Shown one piece after another: positions 37,104-60,330 of a stretch of DNA of 64,000 nucleotides; the stretch's first letter is position 1; each line of letters begins with the position of its first letter. The position numbers were made by a program, and so were the translations under genes. The DNA is from the human T2T-CHM13v2.0 reference genome, Homo sapiens. The DNA lies in NCBI RefSeq assembly GCF_009914755.1, contig NC_060944.1. The stretch is one strand, 5' to 3'. A model generated the notes under the pieces. It was not told where the DNA came from. It saw nothing but the letters and a program-made list of their open reading frames with translations, and did not search any database.

Positions 37104-38255
37104 TATGGCAGAGACAGCTGTTTCAGCACTAATATCTCTTTTTTCCCCTTCTTTCTTTAATAACAGAAGTTATGAGTTTTAGGTGGGTGCATGTTTATCC
37201 AGTTGATGACTACATTTCTCTTTTTTTGTTTTGAGACGGCGTCTCACTCTGTTGTCCAGGCTGGAGTGCAGTGGCACAATCTTGGCTCACTGCAACTTCC
37301 ACCTCCCGGGTCAGTGATTCTCCTGCCTCAGGCTCCCGAGTAGCTGGGACTACAGGTGCCGGCCACTGCGCCCGGCTAATTTTTGTATTTTTAGTAGAGA
37401 TGGGGTTTCACCACGTGGGCCAGGTTGGTCTCCAGCTCCTGACCTCAGGTGATCTGCCCACCTTGACCTCCCAAAGTGCCAGGATTACAGGGGTGAGCCA
37501 CCATGGCCGGCCCCCGATGACTACATTTCCTTTTTCTTTTCTTTTCTTTTTTTTTTTTTTTGAGACAGAGTCTAGGTCTGCCACCCAGGCTGGAGTGCAG
37601 TGGCGTGATCTTGGCTCACTGCAACTCCTGGGTTCAAGCAATTCTCTTGCCTCAGCCTCCTGAGTAGCTGGGATTACAGGCACCCAACAACACCATGCCT
37701 GGATATTTTTGTATTTTTAGTAGAGACAGGTTTTCACCATGTTGGCCAGGCTGGTCTTGAACTCCTGACCTCAGGTGATCTGCCTGCCTCGGCCTCCCAA
37801 AGTGCTGAGGTTACAGGTGTGAGCTGCTGTGCCTGGCCTGATGACTACATTTCTCAGCCTGCTTTGGATCTAAGTGTTGATGTGACTGAGTTCTGGTCAG
37901 TGAGATATAAGCAACAATGATAAATGTTCCTTCTAGGTCATGCTATTTTTTTTTGCTCTGACACACTTTATCATCACTTAATGGGTCATGCTATTAAAAG
38001 GAATGGATATGTTCTCCCTTTGCCCCTTTTTCTGCCATTTTCCACTGGCCAGGATGCAGGTGTGATGGCAGGACCTAGAGCAGGTACCTCGACCCAGAGA
38101 TTGAAGCTGTGTGTTGAAGCTGGCCATTGCCTCCCTGCTACCCTAGGACCTCCTAACTTGGGTTGTTAGTGAGAGAGATATATACTTGATTTTGTTTAAG
38201 CCACTAAACTTAATGTCTCTTTGTTATAGCAGCCTAGATTTTACCCAAACTAATA
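37104..38255 (+). mobile_element. MLT1J/I-like MaLR LTR with two Alus and a snoRNA fragment inserted
   Basis: GACTACATTTCTCAGCCT...TGTGACTGAGTTCTGGTCAGTGAGATATAAGCA...TTGTTTAAGCCACT...TTTGTTATAGCAGCCTA. Confidence 0.78.
37948..37983 (-). pseudogene. 5'-truncated retrocopy of box C/D snoRNA U38B (SNORD38B-like)
   Basis: Minus strand CATTAAGTGATGATAAAGTGTGTCAGAGC plus A tail matches the U38B 3' end as I recall it (CAGTAAGTGAAGATAAAGTGTGTCTGAGG) at 25/29; perfect 12-bp TSD GGTCATGCTATT; TTTT|AATA endonuclease-type site. Confidence 0.72.
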
Positions 38256-38503
38256 AGCCTTTGACCTCCACTTCTAGTGAAATAGACCAAAGAGACAGCC
38301 ACCCCCTGCCCCCCGCAAAAAAGTGACAAGTTCTGAAATAGATATAACCCCATGGTGTTGTGAGGTTATAAATTAGGGCATGCGTGGCTGGGCGCAGTGG
38401 CTCACGCCTGTAACCCCAGCACTTTGGGAGGCTGAGGCAGGCGGATCACCTGAGGTTGAGAGTTCGAGACCAGCCTGACCAACATGGAGAAACCCTGTCT
38501 CTA

Positions 38504-38665
<162 letters not shown>

Positions 38666-38943
38666 TCAAAAAAAAAGTTAGGGCATGCTCAACTTGGGCT
38701 GAGACACTGTTTGATGAAAGGCTTACTGAGGAGGATGGCTGAAAAGAATTCCCATAAGCAGAAATTGGAGTAGGGCTGGACGTTTGAATCAATTAAAAAT
38801 GTTTTGAGCTGTGAGCAGTGGCTCACACCTGTAATCCCAGCACTTTGGGAGGCTGAGTCAGGAGGATCACTTGAGTCCAGCAGGTCAAGGCTGCAGTGAG
38901 CCATGATCAGGCCACTGCACTGCAGCCTTAGTGACACAGCAAG

Positions 38944-38945
<2 letters not shown>

Positions 38946-38989
<44 letters not shown>
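38946..38989 (+). repeat. (AC)22 microsatellite at the end of an Alu
   Basis: Read directly. Confidence 0.97.
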
Positions 38990-38991
<2 letters not shown>

Positions 38992-39593
38992 TGTTTTGGC
39001 TATAAGTAACAAGAATAACAAAATACAACAAGGAATATCTTTAAGGAGTCATTCATTTATTCTACAAACATTTTCCTGTCACTTACTATATTCCAGGTCC
39101 TGTTCTAGGTGCTGGGGATATGGCAATGAATAAAACAGATCAACCCCCTCACCACTCCTGAAAATCCAAGAAAAACTCTGGCTTTATAGATTTTATGATC
39201 TGTGGGGAGAGATTTATTATCTTACAGAACAAGAAATCCAGAGATAGGTGGTCCTGGGCTGGTGGATAGAGGCTCAACACTATCTTAAAGGACCTTATTC
39301 TTTCCATCTCTTCACTCTGCCATCCTCAGTGTGTCGGCTTTTTTCTCAACCTTGTAACCTCATAGTTGTAATATGGCTGCCACTGCTCCAGGAGGCACAT
39401 CACATACACATTAATCCAGTGGAGTAGAAGAAGAGAACCTGTTTCCTCCCATGCTGCTCTTCTTTTTTATTTTTCTAGCAGGAAAACTTCCTCGGAAGTC
39501 TTCAGCTAACTTTAAATCTTATTTACTAGAATTGCATCACATTCCTAATAAAATCACTGGCAAGTCGAAGGAAACAAGCATGAGTGGCTTAGG

Positions 39594-40643
<1,050 letters not shown>

Positions 40644-40664
40644 ACTTATATTGATTAAAACTCA

Positions 40665-40802
<138 letters not shown>

Positions 40803-41048
40803 TCACTTGAGGGCAGGAATTCGAGACCAGCCTGGCCAACATGGTGAAATCCTGTCTCTACTAAAAATAGCAAAATTAGTTGGGCATGGTGGCGCACACC
40901 TGTAATTCCAACTACTTGGGTGGCTGAGACAGGAGAATTGCTTGAACCTGGAGGTGGAGGTTCAGTGAGCCAAGATTGTACCACTGCACTCCAGCCTGGG
41001 CGACAGTGCGAGACTCCATCTCAAAAAAATAAAATAAATAAAAATTTA

Positions 41049-41282
<234 letters not shown>

Positions 41283-41321
41283 TCAACCTCCCTATAAACA
41301 CATGGCTGCTTCCATTCCTTA

Positions 41322-41419
41322 ACAAAATCATAATTCTCTCAGCAAGGAGAAAGGCAGGGAGGGGTATTGGACAAAATCATAATTCTCTCAGCAAGGAGAA
41401 AGGCAGGGAGGGTTATTGG
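41322..41419 (+). repeat. 49-bp tandem duplication
   Basis: ACAAAATCATAATTCTCTCAGCAAGGAGAAAGGCAGGGAGGG(G/T)TATTGG x2, one mismatch. Confidence 0.97.
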
Positions 41420-41455
41420 GTGGGCAGCCCACAGAGTCTGCCACGGATTGCTCTA

Positions 41456-41710
41456 CAGCGGAGGTTTTCCAGCCTATTCGACCGTGTCCCACAGTAACAA
41501 ATACATTTTACATGGTGACTCAGTACACACATGCACACAACAGAAACATTTTTATTAACAATACTTAGGCTTGCAACATGGAATGCCCTCTGATATTTTC
41601 TATTCTTTGTATTCTTTTCTATTTCTTTTTTTAAAAAGTGCTGGCTGTAACCCAATAAATTCACTTCATGATTCACTAGTGGGTCATAATCTTCAGTGTG
41701 AAAAATACTG
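41456..41710 (-). mobile_element. hAT-Charlie MITE (MER112/113-like)
   Basis: CCCACAGTAACAAATACATTTTACAT...TCTGATATTTTCTATTC...ACTAGTGGGTCA...GAAAAATACTG. Confidence 0.65.
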
Positions 41711-42392
41711 TTCTCTAGGGACTTGTTATTTGATTGGATAGAGGGGCTAGACAGAGGCCTTCAAAGGAGGGAATTCATAACCATTGCCTCAAAAGTTGGC
41801 CAAGGAATTGCCCCAAGATGCCTGTGTTGACCCAGCCTTTGTCCTTTTTGCCTGCATTAACTCTTTTATATTGAGCAGAGGGCAAGTAGGCTCAACTCAA
41901 ATGGTGTTAAGTAAAAAGGTAAGGCTGGGCGCAGTGGCTCACACCGCGGCACTTTGGGAGGCCGAGGCAGGCGGATCACCTGAGGTTAGTCTGGCCAACA
42001 TGGTGAAACCCCATCTCTACTAAAAATACAAAAATTAGCCAGGCATGGTGGTACGCGCCTGTAGTTCCAGCTACTCGGGAGGCTGAGGCAGGGAGAAACC
42101 CTTGAACCCGGGAGGCGGAGGTTGCAGTGAACGGAGATTGCACCACTCACTTCAGCCTGGGTGACAAAAAAAAGTCTCAAAAAAAAAAAAAAAGTAAAAA
42201 GATAAACAGAATTATAATTATAACAAAATTTATTGACTCATAGAATTGGAAATCCCAGGAGCCTCGTGAGCTTCAGGCACAGCCAGAATGATGGCCACAG
42301 GGTAAGTACTTGTTGATCTCCCCCTGGAGACCCTCATGTCCTCCATGTTGGCTTCTCAGGAGGAGAATCTCAGGCAATAGTGCCCCCTGTAG

Positions 42393-42701
<309 letters not shown>

Positions 42702-44031
42702 TGAACCCCTGACCTGGTGATTCACCTGCCTCGGCCTCCCAAAGTGCTGGGATCACAGGCATGAGCCACCGCACCTGGCCTATGCATCCACCTTTTGAAG
42801 GGAATGTTGAGGTCAGCCTTCTCTGAACACGTGGGGTGAGAGTGGATGGGCAGTGGCTTTCCAGTGGAGAGGAGGAAGTTGTTGCTTGAAGCAGGGAGGA
42901 TTTTGAGCAGGCAAAACCAGCAGATGTTTACTACCTCAAGCTCCATGAGGCCAGGGAAGGTGCTGGGTCCTGAGCACCACTGTATGCCCAATGACTGGCA
43001 CAAATTAGACTCAGAAAATACTTGTATGAACAAGGGCAATTGTGTTGTATGATTGGGTATCCATGGACAATTTACATATTTGAAAAGGTAACAGAAAGAT
43101 TTGTAGGGCATGATGGCTCATGCCTGTAATCCCAGGACTTTGTGAGGCTGAGGTGGGAGGATTGCTTGAGCCCAGGAGTTCAAGACCGGCTTGGGTAGCA
43201 CAACAAGATGCCATCTCTACAAAAAATTAGCTGGGTGTGGTGGCATGTACCTGTGGTCCCAGCTACGTGAGGGGCTGAGGCAGGAGGATTGCTTGAGCAC
43301 AAGAGGTCAAGGCTGCAGTGTGCTATAATCCTACCACTGCACTCCAGCCTGGGCAACAGAGAAAGACCACATCTCAAAATAAAAAAACAAAATAAAGAAG
43401 GATAGACAAATAGGTTAGTGGAAGAGAATAGAAAGTCCAGCTAGCTGGGTGCGGTGGCTCACGCCTGTAATCCTAGCACTTTGGGAGGCCGAGGCGGGCG
43501 GATCACAAGGTCAGGAGATCGAGACCATCCTGGCTAACACCGTGAAACCCTGTCTCTACTAAAAAAATACAAAAAATTAGCCGGGCGTGGTGACGGGCGC
43601 CTGTAGTCCCATCTACTTGGGAGGCTGAGGCAGAAGAATGGTGTGAACCTGGGAGGTGGAGCTTGCAGTGAGTGGAGATGCGCCACTGCACTCCAGCCTG
43701 GGAGACAGATCAAGACTCCGTCTCAAAAAAAAAAAAAAAAGAAAGAAAAAGAAAGCCCAGCTGAGACTGACACATATATGGCCAAATTATCTTCAACAAA
43801 GTCACCAGGGTAATTCATTGAAGAAAATCAATTTTGTATTTCAACAAATATTACTGGGACAGGCCAGGTGCAGTGGCTCATGCCTATAATCCCAGCACTT
43901 TGGGAGGCTGAGGCAGAAGGATCACTTGAGGCCAGGAGTTTGAGCAGCCTGGGCAACAAAGGGAAACCTCGCCTCTGTCTAAATAAATAAATAAATAAAA
44001 TTCACTGTTGAGAAAAAGAAAAGGCCACTGA

Positions 44032-44226
<195 letters not shown>

Positions 44227-44563
44227 TAGTAGAGATGGGGTTTCACCATGTTGGTCAGGCTGGTCTCCTGACCTCGTGATCTGCCCACCTTGGCCTCCCA
44301 AAGTGCTGGGATTACAGGTGTGAGCCACTGTGCCCGGCCTGAATTGTATACTTTCAAATGGTTTGGCCGGGTGCTGTGGCTCAACGCCTGTAATCCCAGC
44401 ACTTTGGGAGGCTGAGGCAGGTGGATCATTTGAGGTCAGGAGTTTGAGACCAGCCTGACTAACATGGTGAAACCCCATCTCTACTAAAAATACAAAAAAA
44501 AAAAAGAAGATAAAGAAAGAAAGAAAAAGAAAGTAGCTGGGTGTGGTGGCATAGTCCCAGCTA

Positions 44564-44698
<135 letters not shown>

Positions 44699-44984
44699 TT
44701 ATATCTTCCTGGCTAAGTGATTGGCTTATGGTAACTCAGACTGAGCCAACGAAGCCCTCCTCAGTTTGTTCTTGGAACTATTGTCAGGGGTATTTTCCCT
44801 TTCCATTGGTGTTGCTGTGCTGGTGAGAAATAACCCCAGAACCAGCAGGTAGGCAAAGCTACAGGAGAGGAAAGCCAACTTGGAGAAGAACCGAGAGATG
44901 ATAGAGAAATGGAAACCAGCCATGTTGAGCCCCTGGGTTCAGGTTCACCTGATGTCCTCCAAACTTTTTGTTCAGGCTAGTTTA

Positions 44985-45437
<453 letters not shown>

Positions 45438-45870
45438 TTAAGGAAAATTAAAAACATAAAGGACAAAGTGAGAGAAGAGAATATCTGTAAAATACATGAA
45501 TACACACACACAGTAGATGTTTCATGGTTGTTTATCCCCCACCTCTCGCTGGAACACAGACTGGTGCCCCACTTCGTGCTTGGGATGTCCTTCCTCTGTT
45601 TCTTGGCTGAGTCGAACTTGTGCTGCTTCCTTTCTCCTTAAATATCCTTTCCTCTGGACAGGATGTTCCTGAAGGAGGCCACAAGGCAGAACATCTCGGC
45701 TAACTTTAGTTTGCTATTTTCAGCCTGAATTTGTGCCTGGGCAAATCAGTCCACGGACAGAGTATCCTCCCCAGTTGGATATTTCTTGCATGAGCATCAG
45801 AATTTTGTGGGACACAAGGCTTAGTTTCACTAAGCTCTGAGCCTCAAAACCTGGTATGCATCTGGGTTAG

Positions 45871-46074
<204 letters not shown>

Positions 46075-46470
46075 TAGTAGAGACGGGGTTTCACCGTGTT
46101 AGCCAGGATGGTCTTGATCTCCTGACCTTGTGATCCGCCCGCCTCGGCCTCCCAAAGTGCTGGGATTACAGGCGTGAGCCACCGCGCCTGGCCCTCATCC
46201 AGTCTTAAAAAAAAATTCCCTGAGCTGTAGAATATATGGTGGACATATTTTCTGCATTCCTTTTTTGATGTAGGTAGGAAAAAAACCCAAAAAACCCCAA
46301 ATCACAATTGTCCCTCCAGGGAACTGAGAAGCTGGGGTACTTACCCATTGACTCCTGTATTCCATTGGTTAAGAAAAGCTTCTGGTGGCTTTAAGTCCCT
46401 AACACTTTTTTGGGGCTGTCTTGCATCCTGTGCTGGAGACAGCTCTTAGGTTAAGAGACACAGGTGTTCA

Positions 46471-46674
<204 letters not shown>

Positions 46675-47540
46675 TCAAGAGAAAAGAAAAACAGTCAGAT
46701 GCGGTGGCTCATGCCTGTAAACCCAGCACTTTGGGAGGCTGAGGCAAGTGGATTACTTGAGGTCAGGAGTTCAAGACCAGGCTGGCCAACATGGCAAAAC
46801 CCCATCTCTACTAAAAATACAAAAATTAGCTGGGCGTGGTGGCTTGCACCTGTAATCTCAGCTACTTGGGAGGCTGAGTTAGGAGAATCACTTGAACCTG
46901 GGAGGTGGAGGTGTCAGTGAGCCGAGATCACCCCACTGCCCTCCAGCCTATGCAACAGAATGAGACTCCATCTCAAAATAATAAAAAAGAGACTAGTGTG
47001 GGAGGATCACCTGAGCCCAGGAGGCGGAAGTTGCAGTGAGCTGAGATCACGCCACTACAGTTTAGCTTGGGTGACAGAGTGAGACTCTCTCAAAAAAGAA
47101 GAAGAAGAAGAAGAGAAACAGATGTGTGTGTGAGGTGGGAGCTGCCAGCCTGTCCATCATAGTTGTAGCTAATCTCAGAAGCAGGCCAAGGGGATTTGCT
47201 ATAGGGCACCAGCAGTATATGCTAGAAAGAGAATGTAGTACATGTACTGGCTTGTAGCACAGGGGACATTCTAGTTTTAGGCAATGCTGAATCAAGGGCC
47301 TCAAATAATGTCAACAGGACTTGAACTTTCACCATCTTTTAGTTCCTTACACCTTATATCCTCTATTAGTGGCTTCTCACAACTGTGGGCTTAATCCTAC
47401 CAGTCCAGGAGCCCCAGTAGAACAGAGCATCCTTTCTAACACCTGAGCTGACTTTCATGGTCTTGCTTGAGTTCTGTGCCCAGTCCTGCTCTACGGCCAG
47501 GAAGCTGTGGCCCTCTGATTGACCAGATCTGAGCTAAACG

Positions 47541-47755
47541 CAGTGGTGTGTTGATAAATGTCTAACAATAGTCTTTTTGAGAAAATAAAAGTTTTGATTT
47601 GTAGTGTTTCCTGATTTCTATGATGTAAGTACCCCCATTAGCTTGAAACCATAGCCGATTTCAATTACCAATGTAGTGTCAACCGGTTTACAGAACTCTT
47701 GTCATGTCCCATCAGCTCTAGTGAGCTAGTTCGAGCCAGCTCAAACACAATGCTG
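47541..47755. mobile_element. MER63-like hAT MITE inserted in an MLT1K-like LTR
   Basis: CAGTGGTGTGTTGATAAATGTCTAACAA...GAGCCAGCTCAAACACAATGCTG. Confidence 0.72.
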
Positions 47756-48162
47756 GCTCATGTGTCTCCTGTTGAACAGAGGCAGTTGAGGCACCCCATG
47801 CATTCCACAGGGACTGAAGGTGGGGAAGGGAAATCGGGTGCTGTTGTCACGATTTGGGGGGCGAATAGTTGCTGAATGGGAAAAACCAGGTCTCCATCAA
47901 TCATACAGACAGACAGAGATCCTGTCTCCAAAAAAAAAAAAACAAACCCAAAAAACTGCAACAAACATCTTGGTAAATATATCCTTATAATATAAAATTA
48001 TATATCCTTTGTTTGTTTGTTTGCTTGTTTGTTTTGAGACAGGGTTCTCGCTCTGTCACTCAGGCTGGAGTGCAGTGGTGTAAACTCAGCTCACTGCAAC
48101 CTCTACCTTCCCGGCCTCTACCTCCCTCACTATAACCTCAACCTCACACCTCAGCCTCCTGA

Positions 48163-48947
<785 letters not shown>

Positions 48948-48952
48948 CTCTA

Positions 48953-49186
<234 letters not shown>

Positions 49187-49960
49187 TCAGGAGGCTGAGG
49201 CAGGAGAATAGCTTGAACCTGGGAGGTGGAGCTTGCAGCGAGCCAAGATCACACCACTGCACTTCAGCCTGGGTGACAGAGCAAAACTTTGTCTCAAAAA
49301 AAAAAAAAAAAGAAGTGTACAAAGAAGAAAGCCCACTCTTCTATCGCAATTACCAGTTTGGTGTAATAGTCCAATCAACACAATAATCAATACACACACA
49401 CACAGTTTTGTCCTTTCTTAAAACAAAAACAAAAACAAAAACAAAAAAACAGGAATGGATCAGTAATTTCCTGTAGCTATTATCCCCGAAATACTTTTGT
49501 ATTATTCTGCCCGTTTTCTGATAGCTCATAATCAAAGAAAGATCACTGCAGGTGTTTGGACACAAAAATCCTAGCAGCTGGTGCCCCTCGCAGCAGAATT
49601 TCAACCTGACACACTGGGAGCCAGAATGTTTGTTGGCTCTGATAAGCTAATAACCACATGTTTCAATGTCCCGTGTCCCTGAAGAAGCCATTTTCATGTG
49701 ACTTTCCTGCTTCAGACCAGGCCCAGTTCACTGAGTTAAAAACCAAAATGCTCATCGTGGCCTACAAGTTCCTCCGTGACCTGGCCTGTAGCCAGTTTTC
49801 TGGTACCGCTCTTCCCCTTGGTCTCTGTGCCTTCTTTCACTTCCTCCAAGTTGCACCAAGCCCTTTCCGGCCTCGGACTGGGTTAGTCAGAACTCTTTCA
49901 GTTTCAAGTGACAGAAACCCAACTCGAACTGGACTAAGCCTTTAGAGTGTATTAGGCTCA

Positions 49961-50497
<537 letters not shown>

Positions 50498-50720
50498 CTA
50501 GTCTCCCTTGGCTGCCCCTAGTCTCCACTGCATTATCTTCATTCTCAGTCTCTCCCAAAGGGATGGAAGGATGGTCCTAAGGTTGCAGCCTAATTAGCCA
50601 TCCAGGTGGAAAGAGGACTCTCATTTCCTCTTTATTGCTCTAGAAAAAGGTCCTGTGGGCCAGGTGCAATGGCTCATGCCTGTAATCCCAACACTTTGGG
50701 AGGCCAAGTTGGGCGGATCA

Positions 50721-51052
<332 letters not shown>

Positions 51053-53124
51053 TCAGCCTTGGGTCTTGTGCCTCACACCCTCCCACCAGCACTGGTGGGG
51101 GAATCTGCCCCATCTGAAACATGAACACTGGCAATCAAGAAGGGAAATAGCCGCAGGCAGGCAAAAACAACAGGTGTCCACGGCAAGCCTCTGTTCATAT
51201 CCTCCCCTCTGCCTGGAGCACCCTTCACCCACTTTTCACTGTGACAGCAAGGTTATTTTTCACAGCTTTGGTAGAGCAGGCAAAAGATTAGAAGTGGCAC
51301 AGCTGCCTATTAATAAGAAATTGCACTTTGGGAGGCTGAGGTGGGAGGATCCCTCGAGCCCAGGAGTTTGAGGCCAGCTTGAGCAACACAGTGAGACCCC
51401 ATCTCTACAAAAAATAAATAAACTAGCCAGGTGTAGTGGTCCTGTAGTCCCAGCTACTTGGAAGCCTGAGGTGGGAGGATTGCTTGAATCCAGGAGTTTG
51501 AGGCTGCAGTGAAACCCTGTCTCTAAAAAAAAAAAGAAAGAATGTAGAGAATAACCTTGCTTGTGCTTCAGACATAGGCAGTAGAATGCCGAAATAGGCT
51601 TGTCCCTGCTCCGGAGAGCCACTTCCTAAAAAGTCAGGAATCTTAAGTCAGTTGTACACTGTAGGTAGCTTGAAATTAGCCATGGTGGAAGTATTTACAC
51701 CACAGAAATGGGCAAATGCTGCAAACCAGGGCTGTTTTGTTTGTTTGTTTTTCCCTTGGAGAGCCTCTTTATCAGCACAACACTGCCAGAGAGGGGTTTG
51801 AAAAGTTCCTCTGGTCAGAGGTCAAAGAGCACTGACAATTAGCCCCAAGAAATCAGAACAGCCAGGTATGGTGGCTCATGCCTGTAATCCCAGCAGTTTG
51901 GGAGGCTGAGGCAGGAGGATCTTGAGCTCAGGATTTCGAGACCAGCCTGAGCAACATGGTGAAACTCCATCTCTACAAAAAATACAAAAAATTAGCTGCG
52001 TGGTGGTGTGTGCCCGTGGTTCCAACTACTTGGGTGGCTGAGGTGGGAGGATTGCTTGAACCCGGGAGGTTGAGGCTTCAGTGAGCTTAGATTGCGCCAC
52101 TGCATTCTAAGCCTGGGTGACAGAGCAAGACCCTGTTAAAAAGAAAAGAAAGAGAAGGAAGGAAGGAGGGAGGGAGGGAAGAAAGGAAGGAGGGAAGGAA
52201 GGAAGGAAGGAAGGAGAGAAAGAAAGGAAGGCAAGACAAGGCTTGGCTTTGGGCAGAAGGGAGAAACTTATTGGGTCAAAGGAGGAACAGAAGTCTAGGT
52301 AGTTGACTTTTCTTCCAAAGTACAGATCCCTTTGAAGTAAAGCCAAGGCACTATGAGGGTCGTGACCCTGAATCATATAAGGTGCCGGCTGGTCTTTGTT
52401 TAATGCTCGCTGATCTTTGTTAAATGCACTGGTTGGTAGGATAGTGCTTTTGTCTAGAGCTAAGGTCAAAGAATATTACACTAAGGCAAAGATTTCTCCC
52501 TACTTGCAGTAGGGATCAAATAGGAAAATGAATGCAAACATTTGGAAAAGTACGAAATAGCCTCCCAAAATATTAGGCAAAAGTTAGAGAAAATGATGAT
52601 TCATGCTACAATAATTACTACCTTTCCAAGGAAAAATCAAATCCTTTATGCTTCTGGCACAGTAACATTGCAATGTACATTACCACTCACTGCATTGCCT
52701 CAACAGTCATCATTTCGTGCCCCCAGGAAAGGAAAGTTACAGTGATTCGGAAAAGCAAAAAAAATCTCCACAGTTATTGACAACAGTATTCATGGAGGTT
52801 AAAGAGGCAGTTTGGCCTCATTTTATTGTGAACTCCGGTTCTTATAACAGCAAGAATAATCATCCACTTTTTTTTTTTTGTAATGCACCCTTGATGTGAA
52901 AATCCAGGAAATAAAATGTTTCCAATTCAAGATGTTCTTTCCATATAATTCCCAGCATCCTCCCTCCCTTAGCCCTGAGACCATCAGACAGGACCAAGAA
53001 TCTCTCCCTCCCTTCTTTCTTCACAGATAACTTTCTCATTGGCCAGCCTGCCCTCAGCCCCTGCACTGTTAAATGCTAGCGGCTTCCTTCCTCCCTCCCT
53101 CCCTCCCTCCTTTCCTTCCTTCCT

Positions 53125-56810
<3,686 letters not shown>

Positions 56811-57104
56811 GTGACTGCCTCTTTTAAATAGAGCCACGCTTTCCTCTGGGTCCCCATTTGGTGCATTTCACACCTTTTGTTAGTTCAGTGTCAATATCTT
56901 GCCTCTAGAGAAGTCAGGGACCATTTCTGTCTTATCCTTCTAAAACCCTCCTCCCACCCTCCTAGTCACTTGCTACCCCACCCACACTGTCTCCCTGTGG
57001 CTTGCACACGTTCCCTTTGCACCTGTACTTCCCTCTGTCTGCCCAGAACACTCTCTTTCCAGAGTTCCTGCTGGCTCACACACTTTCTGCTTTGGTACAG
57101 ATGA

Positions 57105-57318
57105 GCATTCTTGGAAACCAAGTGTTAAGGACAGTGGAGCCACAAGATAGGGGTTCAGGAACATGGATCCCCGAATCTGTACCTGGTGGAGGAGGAACTC
57201 CATTGATCAGGAACTCCTATTGTGAAATTTATAGGAGAAGAACTAAATGATTGCATCAAACCATCAAGATTTGGAGCTTATCTGTCCATGACCCTGGCAG
57301 TACCCTAAATGATGAACA
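57105..57318 (+). mobile_element. MLT1H/J-like LTR 3' part
   Basis: GTGTTAAGGACAGTGGAGCCACAAGATAG...AAACCATCAAGATTTGGAG. Confidence 0.6.
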
Positions 57319-58196
57319 AGGTGAGTCACATTTGGGGTGGAATGCTTGCAAGCTCGCTTGTCCACACACCAAAAGCCATATTCGCCAGCCAGCATTGTTG
57401 GGGATAATGGTGATCATTTGTTCTCACTCTGAGACAAGCATTTGTCTTTCAAACTATTCTGAATTCAGGTGATAGAAAAGGATGTTGCTTATTACGACAC
57501 TTAAAATTCCAACAAGAATTAAGGCCTGAATAATACCATGGGTGGTATTGATGGTATTGATGGGGAGAAGGGAGGAACAGGTTCTGAAACACATATAAAA
57601 AATTCGATCGGATGGCACAATTGTTTTCCAGGCAAAAGAGCAAACCAAACTATTTTTAAATGTCAAGAGCTAAATAGCCTGGAGAAAATGTAATATATTA
57701 CAAGCAGTAAGCAACAGACCTACACATAAGTTGATACCTTTCAACATAACAGAATGGCGAGTCCTGGCTTAACCTTCTGCACTTCCAAACCGGTTCCCTC
57801 CTAGAATTAACATTTTCTTGTCATCTTAGAGTAAAGGCTGTGCATTCTCAGCCATTAAGTCTTCCAGGCTGAAAGCTTTCCTTAAACTTGTTTCAATCCG
57901 TCTTTGATTCTGAAATGCTCCAATTACATTTCCATAGTGGCCATGTTAATTAATGGTGATGATCAGACTTAATGAAAGAGGGAATTAGTAAGCCATTCCC
58001 TGGCCACTTTCATAAAAAGGGAGAGTGCTAACAAGTGCTAATGGCCTGACATGGAAACCTCACCTTCCCCGGAGCTTTTAACCTGCAGTCACATCCTGAA
58101 ACATAACCCGAAGGCTGCTCTAAGCAACTGGGTGTTTGATCTTCTTCTTGTAAGCAGAGCTACTTATACTCAGATTTCTCAACTGAATTCATCCTA

Positions 58197-58586
<390 letters not shown>

Positions 58587-58593
58587 TTAATAG

Positions 58594-58953
<360 letters not shown>

Positions 58954-59387
58954 TGAGCCACCGCGCCCGGCCAAAATTATGTTTTATAATTTTCTTTTTT
59001 ATTTTATTTATGTTATCTACTGCACAAGAATTAAAGCTCTCTGTGTATGGCCAGGCCTGGTGGCTCACACCTGTAATCCCAGCATTTTGGGAGGCTGAGG
59101 CAGGTGGATCACTTCAGATCAGGAGTTCAAGACCAGCCTGGTTAACATGGTGAAACCCTGTCTCTACTAAAACTACAAAAATTAGCTGGGCGTGGTAGTG
59201 CGTGCCTGTAATCCCAGCTACTTCAGAGGCCGAGGCAGGAGAATCACTTTAATCCGGGAGGCGGAGGTTGCAGTGAGCCAAGATCCCACCACTGCACTCC
59301 AGCCTGGGCTACAGAGTGACTCCGTCTCAAAAAAAAAAAAACACCTCCTTGTGTAGAAGTTTGGTATTGTTCACTTCTGCATCCTCA

Positions 59388-60114
<727 letters not shown>

Positions 60115-60330
60115 TGATCCACCCTCCTCGGCCTCCCAAAGTACTGGAATTCCAGGAGTGAGCCACCGCGCCCGGCTTGTTTTTTTTTTTTTTTTTTGAA
60201 ATTTTTGTGTTTTTAGTAGAGACAGGGTTTTACCATGTTGGCCAGGCTGGTCTTGAATGCCTGACCTCAGCTGATCTGCCTGCCTCAGCCTCCCAAAGTG
60301 CTGGGATTACAGGTGTGAGCCACTGTGCCC

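Noticed and set aside
49581-49597. Second CTCF-like site GGTGCCCCTCGCAGCAG
   Set aside because: One base short in the G-run and mismatched at core positions.
52868-52879. Isolated T12 run as another micro-retrocopy tail (also A17 at 5886-5902)
   Set aside because: No convincing flanking TSD or recognisable body.
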